A DNA stretch of 64,000 bases from Pyrodictiaceae archaeon. GTDB taxonomy: Archaea; Thermoproteota; Thermoprotei_A; Sulfolobales; Pyrodictiaceae. The notes beneath the pieces are model-generated. The model was not told the DNA's origin, ran no database searches, and was given only the letters and a program-made list of their open reading frames with translations. The number at the start of each line of letters is the position of its first letter. Position 1 is the first letter of the stretch. A program made the translations under genes and the position numbers. Shown here piece by piece: positions 55,743 to 64,000 of the stretch. The stretch is taken from assembly GCA_040514295.1 (NCBI GenBank), contig JBEVCE010000039.1:29524-93523 (forward strand), read 5' to 3'.

Positions 55743-56762
55743 GTGTTGGCCTTGTCTAGCCAGTTGGCCTTGAGCCTAATAGCTGAGGCGAGAAGGCCCG
55801 TCACGATAGTAGCCTCGCTTCTGCTTGTAGCCGCCCCCCTTATCTTCATGTGGCTTGACATGCCCTTCTACGCTAACATGTTATTCCTATCACTAATGTA
55901 CGGTATAGCTGCCTTAGCCTGGAATCTCATGGAGGGCTATACCGGCTTCTTCAGCTTAGGCCATGCAGTATTCTTTGGCGTTGGCGCCTATACAACTATG
56001 GTGTTAGCAGTAAAGTATGGAGTAACCCCGTGGATAGGTATATGGGTTGGAGGTGTAATAGCGTCTATAGTTGGCTTCCTCCTAGGCTTCCCCCTTTTCA
56101 GGCTCCGTAGCCACTGGTTTACACTAGCAACTATAGCTCTGGGAGAGATATTCAAGCTTCTTTTTGCCCACTGGGACTACGTGGGTGGCTCAGCAGGGCT
56201 ACAAGCGCCCATAGTAGGGCCTAACGAGAAGCTCTACTACATTCAGTACGCTGGTCCTTACATCTACGTCTACATAGCGCTACTAGTGCTTCTTGTAGAG
56301 CTTATTGTCCTCTACCTTGTGGTGAATAGTAGGATAGGCTACTACCTTCAGACCATTAGGGAGGATGAGCTTGTAGCAGAGACCCTGGGAATAGATACTT
56401 TCAAGTACAAAATGATATCCATGGTGCTCAGCAGCTTCTTTACAGGCCTCGCAGGTTCCTTATATGCTATAAGATTCCGCTTCGTAGACCCATTCGCAGT
56501 ATTTGATCTAATAACGATCTCAACCTATATAAGCGTGGCAGGCATTGTCGGAGGAATATATAGTTTCATAGGCCCCTTGGTAGGCTCCTTCATCTTCGTA
56601 CCAGCAGCAGAATATGTTAGAGCTACTATTGTTAGTGCATTCCCACGCTACTTTGGCCTCCACGTAGTCGTAGTCGGGCTCATACTCCTCTTCATATCCC
56701 TCTTTGTCCCAGAAGGCGTAATGGGCTATGCTAAGAGGAGGCTTGGGAGGGTAGCAGCCTAA
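55743..56762 (+). CDS. livM: ABC transporter permease, LivM type
   Basis: GYTGFFSLGHAVFFGVGAY and TIREDELVAETLGIDT motifs. Confidence 0.88.
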   Translation: MLALSSQLALSLIAEARRPVTIVASLLLVAAPLIFMWLDMPFYANMLFLSLMYGIAALAWNLMEGYTGFFSLGHAVFFGVGAYTTMVLAVKYGVTPWIGIWVGGVIASIVGFLLGFPLFRLRSHWFTLATIALGEIFKLLFAHWDYVGGSAGLQAPIVGPNEKLYYIQYAGPYIYVYIALLVLLVELIVLYLVVNSRIGYYLQTIREDELVAETLGIDTFKYKMISMVLSSFFTGLAGSLYAIRFRFVDPFAVFDLITISTYISVAGIVGGIYSFIGPLVGSFIFVPAAEYVRATIVSAFPRYFGLHVVVVGLILLFISLFVPEGVMGYAKRRLGRVAA

Positions 56763-57490
56763 TGGGCTCGAGTAAGCCTCTCCTAATAGTAGATAAGGTT
56801 GTAAAGAGGTTCGGCGGGCTAGTAGCGCTAAGAGGTGTTAGCATCACGGTCAGTGAAGGCGAGCGGGTGGGCCTTATAGGCCCCAATGGTGCCGGGAAGA
56901 CAACGTTGTTCAATGTTATAACTGGCGTCTACAGGCCCGAGGAGGGCAGGATCATATTCGATGGCAGGGATATAACGGGCTGGCCCCCACACAGGATAAC
57001 GAGGCTTGGCGTGGCAAGAACGTTTCAGATCGTAAGGCCCTTAGCTAACATGACCGTGCTTGATAATGTTGTTGTCGGCTCTCTCCTAAGGAGCACTGAT
57101 ATAGAGGAAGCCCGTAGGAGGGCCCTAGAGATCCTAGAGCTTGTAGGCCTTTACGATAAGAGGGCTATGCTTGCCAAGGACCTTAACCTTGTCGAGAAGA
57201 AGAGGCTGGAAGTCGCAAGGGCTCTCGCAACTCAGCCTAGGCTCCTTCTTCTTGACGAGATAGCTGCTGGGCTCCGGCCTAACGAGATCGACGAGCTAGT
57301 CAATATGCTAATAGAGATCAATAAGAAGGGTGTAGCGATGATAATGGTTGAACATGTCATGAGGGCTGTAATGAACTTCGCTGAGAGGGTAGTGGTGCTA
57401 CACTATGGAAAGAAAATAGCTGAGGGTAGCCCAGAGGAGGTTGCAAGCAACCCTCAAGTGATAGAGGCTTACCTAGGTGTGGAGGCTTAA
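56762..57490 (+). CDS. livG: ABC transporter ATP-binding protein, LivG type
   Basis: GPNGAGKTT, LLLLDEIAAG. 1-nt overlap (TAATG) with livM. Confidence 0.88.
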   Translation: MGSSKPLLIVDKVVKRFGGLVALRGVSITVSEGERVGLIGPNGAGKTTLFNVITGVYRPEEGRIIFDGRDITGWPPHRITRLGVARTFQIVRPLANMTVLDNVVVGSLLRSTDIEEARRRALEILELVGLYDKRAMLAKDLNLVEKKRLEVARALATQPRLLLLDEIAAGLRPNEIDELVNMLIEINKKGVAMIMVEHVMRAVMNFAERVVVLHYGKKIAEGSPEEVASNPQVIEAYLGVEA

Positions 57491-58220
57491 GGGAGCCTTG
57501 AAGGCTAGACCACTCTTAGAAGTAGAAGGAATAGATGTGTTCTATGGCGAGTTCCAAGCATTATTCGGGGTAAGCCTCAAGGTCTACGAGGGCGAGGTCG
57601 TAGCCTTAATTGGGGCCAACGGGGCCGGCAAGACAACAACGCTTAGGGCTATATCAGGCCTCTTAATCCCCCGTCATGGGAGGATACTATGGATGGGGAG
57701 GGATATAACTAGGATGCCAGCCTACAAGAGGGTAGAGGAGGGCATAGTCCATGTACCAGAGGGCCGTGGAATCTTCCCTTATCTGTCAGTCTACGAGAAC
57801 CTCGTAGTAGCGGCATACTCTAAGAGGGCTAGGGAGAAGTTCGAGGAGAGCCTAGAAATGGTCTACAATTTATTTCCAGTGCTCAAGGAGAGGAGAAGCC
57901 AGCTAGCAGGCACACTTAGCGGTGGTGAGCAGCAGATGCTTGCTATCGCACGCGCCCTCGTTCAAAGGCCTAGGCTGCTAATGATGGATGAGCCTAGCTT
58001 AGGCTTAGCACCCAAGCTGGCTAGGGAGGTCATTATGCTAGCCAAAAGGTTGCGCGATGAGTACAAGATAACTGTTTTACTCGTGGAGCAGAATGTTAGG
58101 CTCTCGCTAAAGGTCTCAGACCGAGCGTACGTATTGGAGACCGGGAGGATCGTCAAGGAGGGTCCTAGCTCCGAGCTAGAGAGGGACCCGATGATAAGGA
58201 AGGCGTACCTCGGCTTATGA
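57477..58220 (+). CDS. livF: ABC transporter ATP-binding protein, LivF type
   Basis: GANGAGKTT, LSGGEQQMLAIARAL, LLMMDEPSLGLAP. GTG start overlapping livG by 14 nt. Confidence 0.88.
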   Translation: MWRLKGALKARPLLEVEGIDVFYGEFQALFGVSLKVYEGEVVALIGANGAGKTTTLRAISGLLIPRHGRILWMGRDITRMPAYKRVEEGIVHVPEGRGIFPYLSVYENLVVAAYSKRAREKFEESLEMVYNLFPVLKERRSQLAGTLSGGEQQMLAIARALVQRPRLLMMDEPSLGLAPKLAREVIMLAKRLRDEYKITVLLVEQNVRLSLKVSDRAYVLETGRIVKEGPSSELERDPMIRKAYLGL

Positions 58221-58229
58221 GGGTACAGG

Positions 58230-60287
58230 GTGCGTATCATGAGGAGGATAGGAGTAGACATAGGTGGTACCTTCACAGACTTGGTAGCCTTCGACGACGA
58301 GACGGGAGAGATCCAGCACATAAAGGTGTTGACGACACCGAGGGAGCCGTGGAGGGGCTTTATGGAGTCATTAGCGCAGCTTGGGTGGGATCTAAGTGAG
58401 GTACAGACTATAATACATGCGTCTACTCTGGGCACAAACTTGTTCCTAGGACAAGTGGGGCTTGAGCCCCCCAAGGTGCTACTACTAACCAACATGGGTT
58501 TTAGGGATGTACTGGAGATTGGCCGGCAGAATAGATCTGAGCTCTACAATCTCTTCTTCACCAGGCCTAAGCCGCTAGTACCCCGCTCTAGGAGGATAGG
58601 GGTTAGGGGTAGGATAGGTCCACGGGGAGAAGTCATAGAGCCGCTCGACGAGGATGCTGTGCGTAGGATAGCTAGAGAGTGGTGTGGTAGGGTAGACGTC
58701 TTCGTAGTCTCATTCCTCCATAGCTACGCAAATCCTTCCCACGAGCTAAGAGCAAAAGAGCTTATATTGGAGGAGTGTAGTAGTGCCGAGGTCATAACTA
58801 GCTACGAGGTCGACCCCCAGCCAAAAGAATATGAGAGGACGAGTACAGCAGTCGTAAATGCTGTACTTAAGCCAATGCTTTCAAGATACCTCTCGAAGGT
58901 AGTGAGCCAGTTGGATAGAGCAGGCTTCAAGGGCAAGCTCCTGGTGATGCAGAGTAGTGGTGGCGTAGCCGACGTAAAGCATGCTGTCGAGAGGCCAGCA
59001 GCCTTCATCGAGAGCGGGCCAGCGGCCGGGGCTATAGCTACAGCATACTTCTCTAGGATCATAGGTACAGAGTACGCCATAGGCTTCGACATGGGGGGTA
59101 CAACAGCAAAAGCGTCATCGATAATCCATGGAGAGCCCTTAGTGGTCTCCGAGTACGAGGTTGGAGGCAAGGTGCACATGGGGAGACTGCTCCGTGGCTC
59201 AGGCTACCCTGTGAGATACCCCTACATAGACCTGGCAGAGGTTAGTGCAGGTGGAGGCACCATAGCATGGATAGACCAGGGTGGCGCCCTGAGAGTCGGC
59301 CCCCTTAGTGCTGGTGCTGATCCAGGCCCAGCATGCTATGGTAAGGGGGGCACGGAGCCTACGATAACAGACGCTAACTACGTACTAGGAAGGCTCCCTG
59401 ATAAGCTAGCTGGCGGCAGGATTACGCTAAGGAGGGATCTAGCCGAGAAGGCTGTAGGCAGGATAGCCGAGAGGATGGGCTACACCGTGACAGAGGCGGC
59501 AAGATCAATCATAAGGATAGCCAACACGATAATGGCTAGGGCTCTTAGACTGGTCACGGTCGAGAGAGGCTATGACCCTAGAAGCTTCACCCTATACGCA
59601 TTCGGGGGGGCTGGCCCCCTCCACGCAGCGGCTCTTGGGCTAGAGCTAGGTGTGGCCGAGATAATCGTACCTCCCTTACCTGGTGTATTCTCTGCATTAG
59701 GCCTCCTCGTTACAGACTATCGACACGACTACCATAGAGCAGTGGTCAGGAGGGCCGATGAGATAGAAGAGGTCTGGCTTGAGAGAATATTTGACGAGAT
59801 GTCCTCCAAGGCCGTCAAGACCTTGCTCGAGGAGGGTGTTACCAAGGAGAATATCAAGCTAGCGAGATTCCTGGATATGAGGTACTGGGGCCAGGCTTAC
59901 GAGCTAACAGTCCCCTATAACGGGGATCTAGCAGAAGCCATAGAGTCGTTCCATAGGATGCATAGGGATAGATATGGCTACGATCTGAGGGACACTCCTG
60001 TAGTAGTCGTTAACGCTAGGCTGGTGAGCTATGGTATAGTCTCGAAGCCTAAGCTGCCTAGAGGTAAGCTAGAAGTCTACAAGCCCAGCCCTAGCTATGA
60101 GAAGAAAGTATACTTCGAGGAGACAGAGTGGGTTAGTACGCCAGTCTACAAGAGGAGTGAGCTTCGGCCTGGCGCGGAGTTCGAGGGACCAGCCCTCGTA
60201 GAGGCCGATGAGAGCACCATCCTGGTTCCCCCAGGCTTTGTAGCCTACGTAGACGAGTACTACGCGATACACCTTAGAAGGATCTAG
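58230..60287 (+). CDS. hyuA: Hydantoinase/oxoprolinase family, A (HyuA-like) subunit
   Basis: RIGVDIGGTFTD, GFDMGGTTAK and the overall length. The start may instead be the ATG at 58239. Confidence 0.88.
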   Translation: MRIMRRIGVDIGGTFTDLVAFDDETGEIQHIKVLTTPREPWRGFMESLAQLGWDLSEVQTIIHASTLGTNLFLGQVGLEPPKVLLLTNMGFRDVLEIGRQNRSELYNLFFTRPKPLVPRSRRIGVRGRIGPRGEVIEPLDEDAVRRIAREWCGRVDVFVVSFLHSYANPSHELRAKELILEECSSAEVITSYEVDPQPKEYERTSTAVVNAVLKPMLSRYLSKVVSQLDRAGFKGKLLVMQSSGGVADVKHAVERPAAFIESGPAAGAIATAYFSRIIGTEYAIGFDMGGTTAKASSIIHGEPLVVSEYEVGGKVHMGRLLRGSGYPVRYPYIDLAEVSAGGGTIAWIDQGGALRVGPLSAGADPGPACYGKGGTEPTITDANYVLGRLPDKLAGGRITLRRDLAEKAVGRIAERMGYTVTEAARSIIRIANTIMARALRLVTVERGYDPRSFTLYAFGGAGPLHAAALGLELGVAEIIVPPLPGVFSALGLLVTDYRHDYHRAVVRRADEIEEVWLERIFDEMSSKAVKTLLEEGVTKENIKLARFLDMRYWGQAYELTVPYNGDLAEAIESFHRMHRDRYGYDLRDTPVVVVNARLVSYGIVSKPKLPRGKLEVYKPSPSYEKKVYFEETEWVSTPVYKRSELRPGAEFEGPALVEADESTILVPPGFVAYVDEYYAIHLRRI

Positions 60288-60301
60288 GAGGAGGAAGGAT
60301 C

Positions 60302-61957
60302 ATGGTTGACCCGGTCACTGTTGAGGTCATAAGGCATGCAGCTATATTTGCAGCTGAGGAGATGGGTGTAGTACTAAGGAATGCAGCGTTTAGCCCAAAC
60401 ATAAAGGATAGGCTGGACCACTCTTGTGCAATATTAACGCCGGAGGGCGATCTAGTAGCACAGGCTGAGCACATACCAGTACATCTTGGCAGCATGCCGG
60501 TTGGAGTAAAGAACATGGTTAGCTATTTGGAGCGTGAGGGCATAGAGATTAGGCCTGGAGATGTTTTCCTCTCGAACGATCCCTACATCACTGGGACCCA
60601 TCTCAACGACCTAATGCTGTTAAAGCCTGTCTTCGTAGGCGAAACACTAGTAGCCTTCGTAGCTAACAAGGCACACCACGTAGATGTGGGTGGAAGCGCT
60701 CCTGGCAGCATGGGTGTAGAGGCTAGGTCCCTTATAGAGGAGGGGTTAGTGATACCCCCCGTGAGGATTGCATCCCAGGGCAGGCTTAGAAGCGACCTAC
60801 TAAAGCTGCTAGAGGCCAACGTGAGGACTCCAAGGTATTTCAGGGGCGACCTACTAGCCCAGATAGCAGCCCTCAACGTCGGAGAGAGGAGGATTAGGGA
60901 GCTAGTCTCAAAGTATGGTACCACAGCAGTCCTCGATGCATGGAGCGAGATACTAGCCTATACAGAGAGGTATACTAGGTCAGTGATTAGGGAGCTGGTC
61001 GAGAAGCACGGTGAGGGGGAATATACGGCCGAGGACTACATGGAGATGCCTAGCGACGAGCTAGTAAGGATAAAGACAACTTTGTCAATAAAGGCTGATA
61101 GCATTAGGGTGGACTTTACTGGCACCAGCCGCCAGGTCAATATACCTATAAATGCTGTCTACGGAGTCACAGTAGCAGCTACGACCTTCGCCCTCAAATC
61201 CGTCATAGACCCTGAGATGCCGATGAACCAGGGCTTCTATAGGGTAGTGGATATCAAGGCTCCTTCAGGCACCCTTGTCAACCCAGTACCACCAGCACCC
61301 GTAGGGGGAGGTAATGTTGAGACCTCCCAGAGGATAGCGGACGTTGTCCTCAAGGCGCTTGCTCAAGCCTTTCCAGGGAGAGTTCCAGCAGCAAGCTGCG
61401 GCACCATGACAAACCTACTCTTAGGCGGTAGTAGGTGGGCCTTCTACGAGACAATAGCATGTGGGAGCGGGGCTAGGCCATGCTGTGATGGAGTCGACGG
61501 AGTACACACCAATATGACCAACACCCTCAATACTCCTATAGAATCTGCCGAGCAGGAGTACCCACTCCTCTTCGTAGCATACGAGCTTAGACCCGATAGT
61601 GGAGGGCCCGGGGAATATAGGGGTGGGCTAGGAGTGATAAGAGCTATCCGGGTTCTTGAGGATAATGTAGTAGCCACCGTGTTCTCCGAGAGGGCTAGGC
61701 TTAGGCCATGGGGGCTAGCAGGCGGTAAGCCTGGCGAGCCCAGCAACCACTACGTCGTTAAAGCAGATGGTAGCATAGTGAAGCTCGGCTCGAAGGCCAC
61801 CATAATTCTCGGCAAGGGCGATACGATATACATTAACACTCCTGGCGGCGGCGGCTATGGAGACCCGTGTAGGAGGCCTAGAGAGCTAGTCGAGAGAGAC
61901 TTAGAGGATGGCAAGATAAGCCTTGATCACGCTAAGCAGTACTACTGCTACGGTTAG
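60302..61957 (+). CDS. hyuB: Hydantoinase B/oxoprolinase family, B (HyuB-like) subunit
   Basis: DPVTVEVIRHAAIFAAEEMG, NDPYITGTHLNDL, GGGGYGDP. Confidence 0.88.
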   Translation: MVDPVTVEVIRHAAIFAAEEMGVVLRNAAFSPNIKDRLDHSCAILTPEGDLVAQAEHIPVHLGSMPVGVKNMVSYLEREGIEIRPGDVFLSNDPYITGTHLNDLMLLKPVFVGETLVAFVANKAHHVDVGGSAPGSMGVEARSLIEEGLVIPPVRIASQGRLRSDLLKLLEANVRTPRYFRGDLLAQIAALNVGERRIRELVSKYGTTAVLDAWSEILAYTERYTRSVIRELVEKHGEGEYTAEDYMEMPSDELVRIKTTLSIKADSIRVDFTGTSRQVNIPINAVYGVTVAATTFALKSVIDPEMPMNQGFYRVVDIKAPSGTLVNPVPPAPVGGGNVETSQRIADVVLKALAQAFPGRVPAASCGTMTNLLLGGSRWAFYETIACGSGARPCCDGVDGVHTNMTNTLNTPIESAEQEYPLLFVAYELRPDSGGPGEYRGGLGVIRAIRVLEDNVVATVFSERARLRPWGLAGGKPGEPSNHYVVKADGSIVKLGSKATIILGKGDTIYINTPGGGGYGDPCRRPRELVERDLEDGKISLDHAKQYYCYG

Positions 61958-62810
61958 CCTCAAGACCCCCTACCACCCCCTAGTACCAGACTGGTGGCTA
62001 GACGCCTTGAGCAGCCTAGAGGACCTAGGCAGGCTCGTGGCCACAGACCTAGAGGACGGGATCAGGCTGCTTAGGATAGAAAGGCCTAGGAAGCTTAATG
62101 CTCTTAACAGTTATCTCTGGGGAAGGCTTATAGAGGAGCTCGAGAAGGCATGTAGGGATAAGAATGTCAAGGCTATAGTACTAGCTGGAACCAGTAAGGC
62201 CTTCTCGGTCGGCGATGACATCTACGAGATGTATGAGCTAGCTGATAGGCTTGATGCTAGAAGGTTTTTCGAGCTAGTTGGACAAGCCGTTGGGAAGCTC
62301 ATAGAGTGTCCAAAGCTAGTAATCGCGGCTGTCGAGGGCTATGCTTATGGAGGAGGATTCGAGATACTACTAGCATGCGATATCGTAGTCTCCTCAAAGA
62401 GTGCTAGGTTCTCGGCTCCCGAAGCAAGGCTAGGCCTCTACCCCCCGCTACTCTCAACCCTCGGGGTTCTTGTACTAGGGCTACGAAGAGCTAAGAGCTT
62501 AGCAGTATCAGCTGTAAGCCTCTCAGCCGAGGAGGCTAGAAGCATGGGTATTGTAGACATTGTGGTAGGGGATGGAGAGGCCTTGGAGAAGGCCATAGAG
62601 ATTGCTAGGACTATAACCTCCGAGATACCAGTAGAGGCCATAGAGACCATCAAGCAGGTATCGACCGGTATAGTCAGGAGATTACTAGGAGGGGAGCTAG
62701 AGAAAGCCCTTCAGAGGCTAGAGGAGCTAAGCATCTCAGAGAGGGGCAAGGAGTATATGGGTAAGTGGATTGAGGAGCGTAGAAAGAGGCACCGAGAGCA
62801 AAACCCGTAG
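61923..62810 (+). CDS. Enoyl-CoA hydratase/isomerase (crotonase) family protein
   Basis: LLRIERPRKLNALN, AFSVGDDI, GYAYGGGFEILLACD. The start is uncertain: the track's TTG overlaps hyuB by 35 nt, and an in-frame TTG near 62006 is an alternative. Confidence 0.8.
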   Translation: MITLSSTTATVSLKTPYHPLVPDWWLDALSSLEDLGRLVATDLEDGIRLLRIERPRKLNALNSYLWGRLIEELEKACRDKNVKAIVLAGTSKAFSVGDDIYEMYELADRLDARRFFELVGQAVGKLIECPKLVIAAVEGYAYGGGFEILLACDIVVSSKSARFSAPEARLGLYPPLLSTLGVLVLGLRRAKSLAVSAVSLSAEEARSMGIVDIVVGDGEALEKAIEIARTITSEIPVEAIETIKQVSTGIVRRLLGGELEKALQRLEELSISERGKEYMGKWIEERRKRHREQNP

Positions 62811-62825
62811 AGGGAGAGCTGAGGA

Positions 62826-63254
62826 ATGTCCAGCCGACCCATCTACAGCTCCACCTACAGGGTATACTGGAGTGAGACAGACGCAGCCCTAATGATGCAT
62901 TTCTCCAATTTCTTCAGGGTATGCGAGAGAGTAGAGGAGGAGTTCTTCTGGACGCTAGGCCTCCGCTTCGACCCCCATAGCGATATAATATTCCCCCGTG
63001 TGCATGCTAGCTGCGACTATCGTAGCCCGCTACATCCGGGGGATGCTTACCGAGTCGACCTCGTAGAGATCCTTGTAGGCAAGTCCAGTATAACCTATAG
63101 GTATAGGTTCTACAACGAGTCTAGGGGTGGTAGGCTCGCAGCAGAGTGTACCATAGTGGCGGTAGCTTATGATAGGAGGACTGGTAGGAGCATAGAGGTA
63201 CCAGGAGAGCTTAGGAAGCTCCTATTGGAGAAAGGCGCTAAGCCCAAGAGCTAG
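62826..63254 (+). CDS. Acyl-CoA thioesterase, 4HBT/YbgC-like hotdog fold
   Basis: YRVYWSETDAALMMHFSNFFRVCERVEEEF is a typical 4HBT N-terminus with the catalytic Asp context. 142 aa. Confidence 0.8.
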   Translation: MSSRPIYSSTYRVYWSETDAALMMHFSNFFRVCERVEEEFFWTLGLRFDPHSDIIFPRVHASCDYRSPLHPGDAYRVDLVEILVGKSSITYRYRFYNESRGGRLAAECTIVAVAYDRRTGRSIEVPGELRKLLLEKGAKPKS

Positions 63255-63757
63255 GAGGGTAGGAGCATGGGAGTAATAAATACCTCTATGACTGCCGCTA
63301 GGAGGAGTAGGGGGGCAACCACCAGCCCCCATCTCCTGACAGCCATTACTAGCCCTCGACGTAGCCCACCAGCCCTCCTGTAAGCAGGAATATAGCCTCC
63401 AAGATAGATGCTATAGGCTATGACGGGTAGCTCTATAAGGCCATGGGGTAGGATATAGGCTAGTAATAGTATGTTTATCGAGGCCATGCTGCCTAGTACA
63501 GCAGTATTTGCCCCGAGGATTACTAGGCCTAGGAAGGGTACTAGGCCTACAAGAGACACCAGGAGATTGTTCAGGTAAATGAGAGCCATGGCTGCCAAAG
63601 GATTGGTTCTAAGCAGGCTAATAATGTATTCTTTCCCCTTAGCCACGCTATAGAATAACCCTGGCCCCAGTATGACTCCTACGAGGAACCCTGCCAAAGA
63701 GGCTATGACAACTAGCCTAAGGTAGAGGGCTAGGAACCTGCTTACGGTATCGCTCAA
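63251..63757 (-). CDS. SpoIIM-like (DUF95) integral membrane protein
   Basis: ILPHGLIELPVIAYSIYLGG matches the LPHGxxExP motif of the stage II sporulation protein M family. Five to six TM. Confidence 0.7.
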   Translation of the reverse strand: MSDTVSRFLALYLRLVVIASLAGFLVGVILGPGLFYSVAKGKEYIISLLRTNPLAAMALIYLNNLLVSLVGLVPFLGLVILGANTAVLGSMASINILLLAYILPHGLIELPVIAYSIYLGGYIPAYRRAGGLRRGLVMAVRRWGLVVAPLLLLAAVIEVFITPMLLPS

Positions 63758-64000
63758 GAGTCTTCCCGTGAGTCATCTTAGAAAGGGCCAAGGCTAATAT
63801 AGTAAGCTGCTAGTGCCTCATTCTGGGGTGCTTCTCTAGAATTGGAGGCTAGGAGGCTAAGGCCCCGCTACGAGCTATCTCTTAGGCCTGCGAGGGGATT
63901 CAGCCTCCTACAGACAATAAGCACTTATAGCTTTGGCTGGCAGTTTGATGGGAGAAGAGGCTTCATAGAACTCTGCCCAGAGGCGGTAGCAATCCTCTCA

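Noticed and set aside
57962-58495. 177-aa minus-strand ORF across the livF/hyuA junction
   Set aside because: It is antisense to two motif-bearing genes, so it is a shadow ORF.
63851-63909. 8-bp inverted repeat AGGAGGCT...AGCCTCCT enclosing an inner AGGCC/GGCCT hairpin, initially tRNA-like
   Set aside because: At about 59 nt in total it is too short for a tRNA. It has no D-arm or T-loop consensus and no anticodon-stem geometry. It is more likely a terminator or leader structure between two minus-strand genes.
63925-64000. Possible 3' end of a minus-strand gene entering from beyond the window (...ERIATASGQSSMKPLLPSNCQPKL*)
   Set aside because: Only 25 codons are visible, which is not enough to support a call.
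1-64000. CRISPR arrays, IS elements, integrases, rRNA or tRNA genes, prophage or toxin-antitoxin modules
   Set aside because: I saw no regularly spaced direct repeats and no transposase, integrase or Cas-like ORFs. I saw no tRNA T-loop or acceptor geometry in any intergenic region I inspected. My scan was by eye, so short or intragenic elements could have been missed.

Overview
This is a 64-kb chromosomal segment that looks like a hyperthermophilic crenarchaeon, possibly Desulfurococcales/Pyrodictiaceae-like; that placement is inference only. Supporting signs are an archaeal EF-2, mannosyl-3-phosphoglycerate synthase, a two-subunit class I fumarase, TATA-type promoters, oligo-T terminators and frequent GTG/TTG starts. 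Most of the window is densely packed core metabolism and transport. It holds partial histidine-utilisation genes (hutU, hutI) flanking a glutamine synthetase. It also holds two Liv-type ABC importers, a fumarase, sdhACDB and malic enzyme block, Nnr, three GNAT genes and aEF-2. A 9-gene co-directional ABC, hydantoinase A/B, crotonase and thioesterase unit lies near the 3' end. I found no CRISPR array, rRNA, convincing tRNA, transposase or integrase. Four regions stand out. (1) 8.5-16.6 kb: a tight six-gene minus-strand operon pairing MoxR AAA+ and DUF58 with DUF4350-like and DUF4129-like proteins, a 984-aa surface protein and two unassigned membrane proteins. (2) 34.0-39.3 kb: an orphan 1271-aa ORC/BrxC-like AAA+ protein with Arg in place of the Walker-A Lys, several wHTH-like segments and a long coiled coil, next to two small genes and a KaiC/RecA-like ATPase. 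(3) 2.5-6.0 kb: a decay zone with 820 bp lacking an intact ORF (including a candidate structured RNA), an intact EPSP-synthase homologue with apparently degenerate active-site residues, and a multiply frameshifted MATE pseudogene. (4) 52.4-63.3 kb: the catabolic unit of unknown substrate. All family assignments come from motif recognition by eye; no searches were run.
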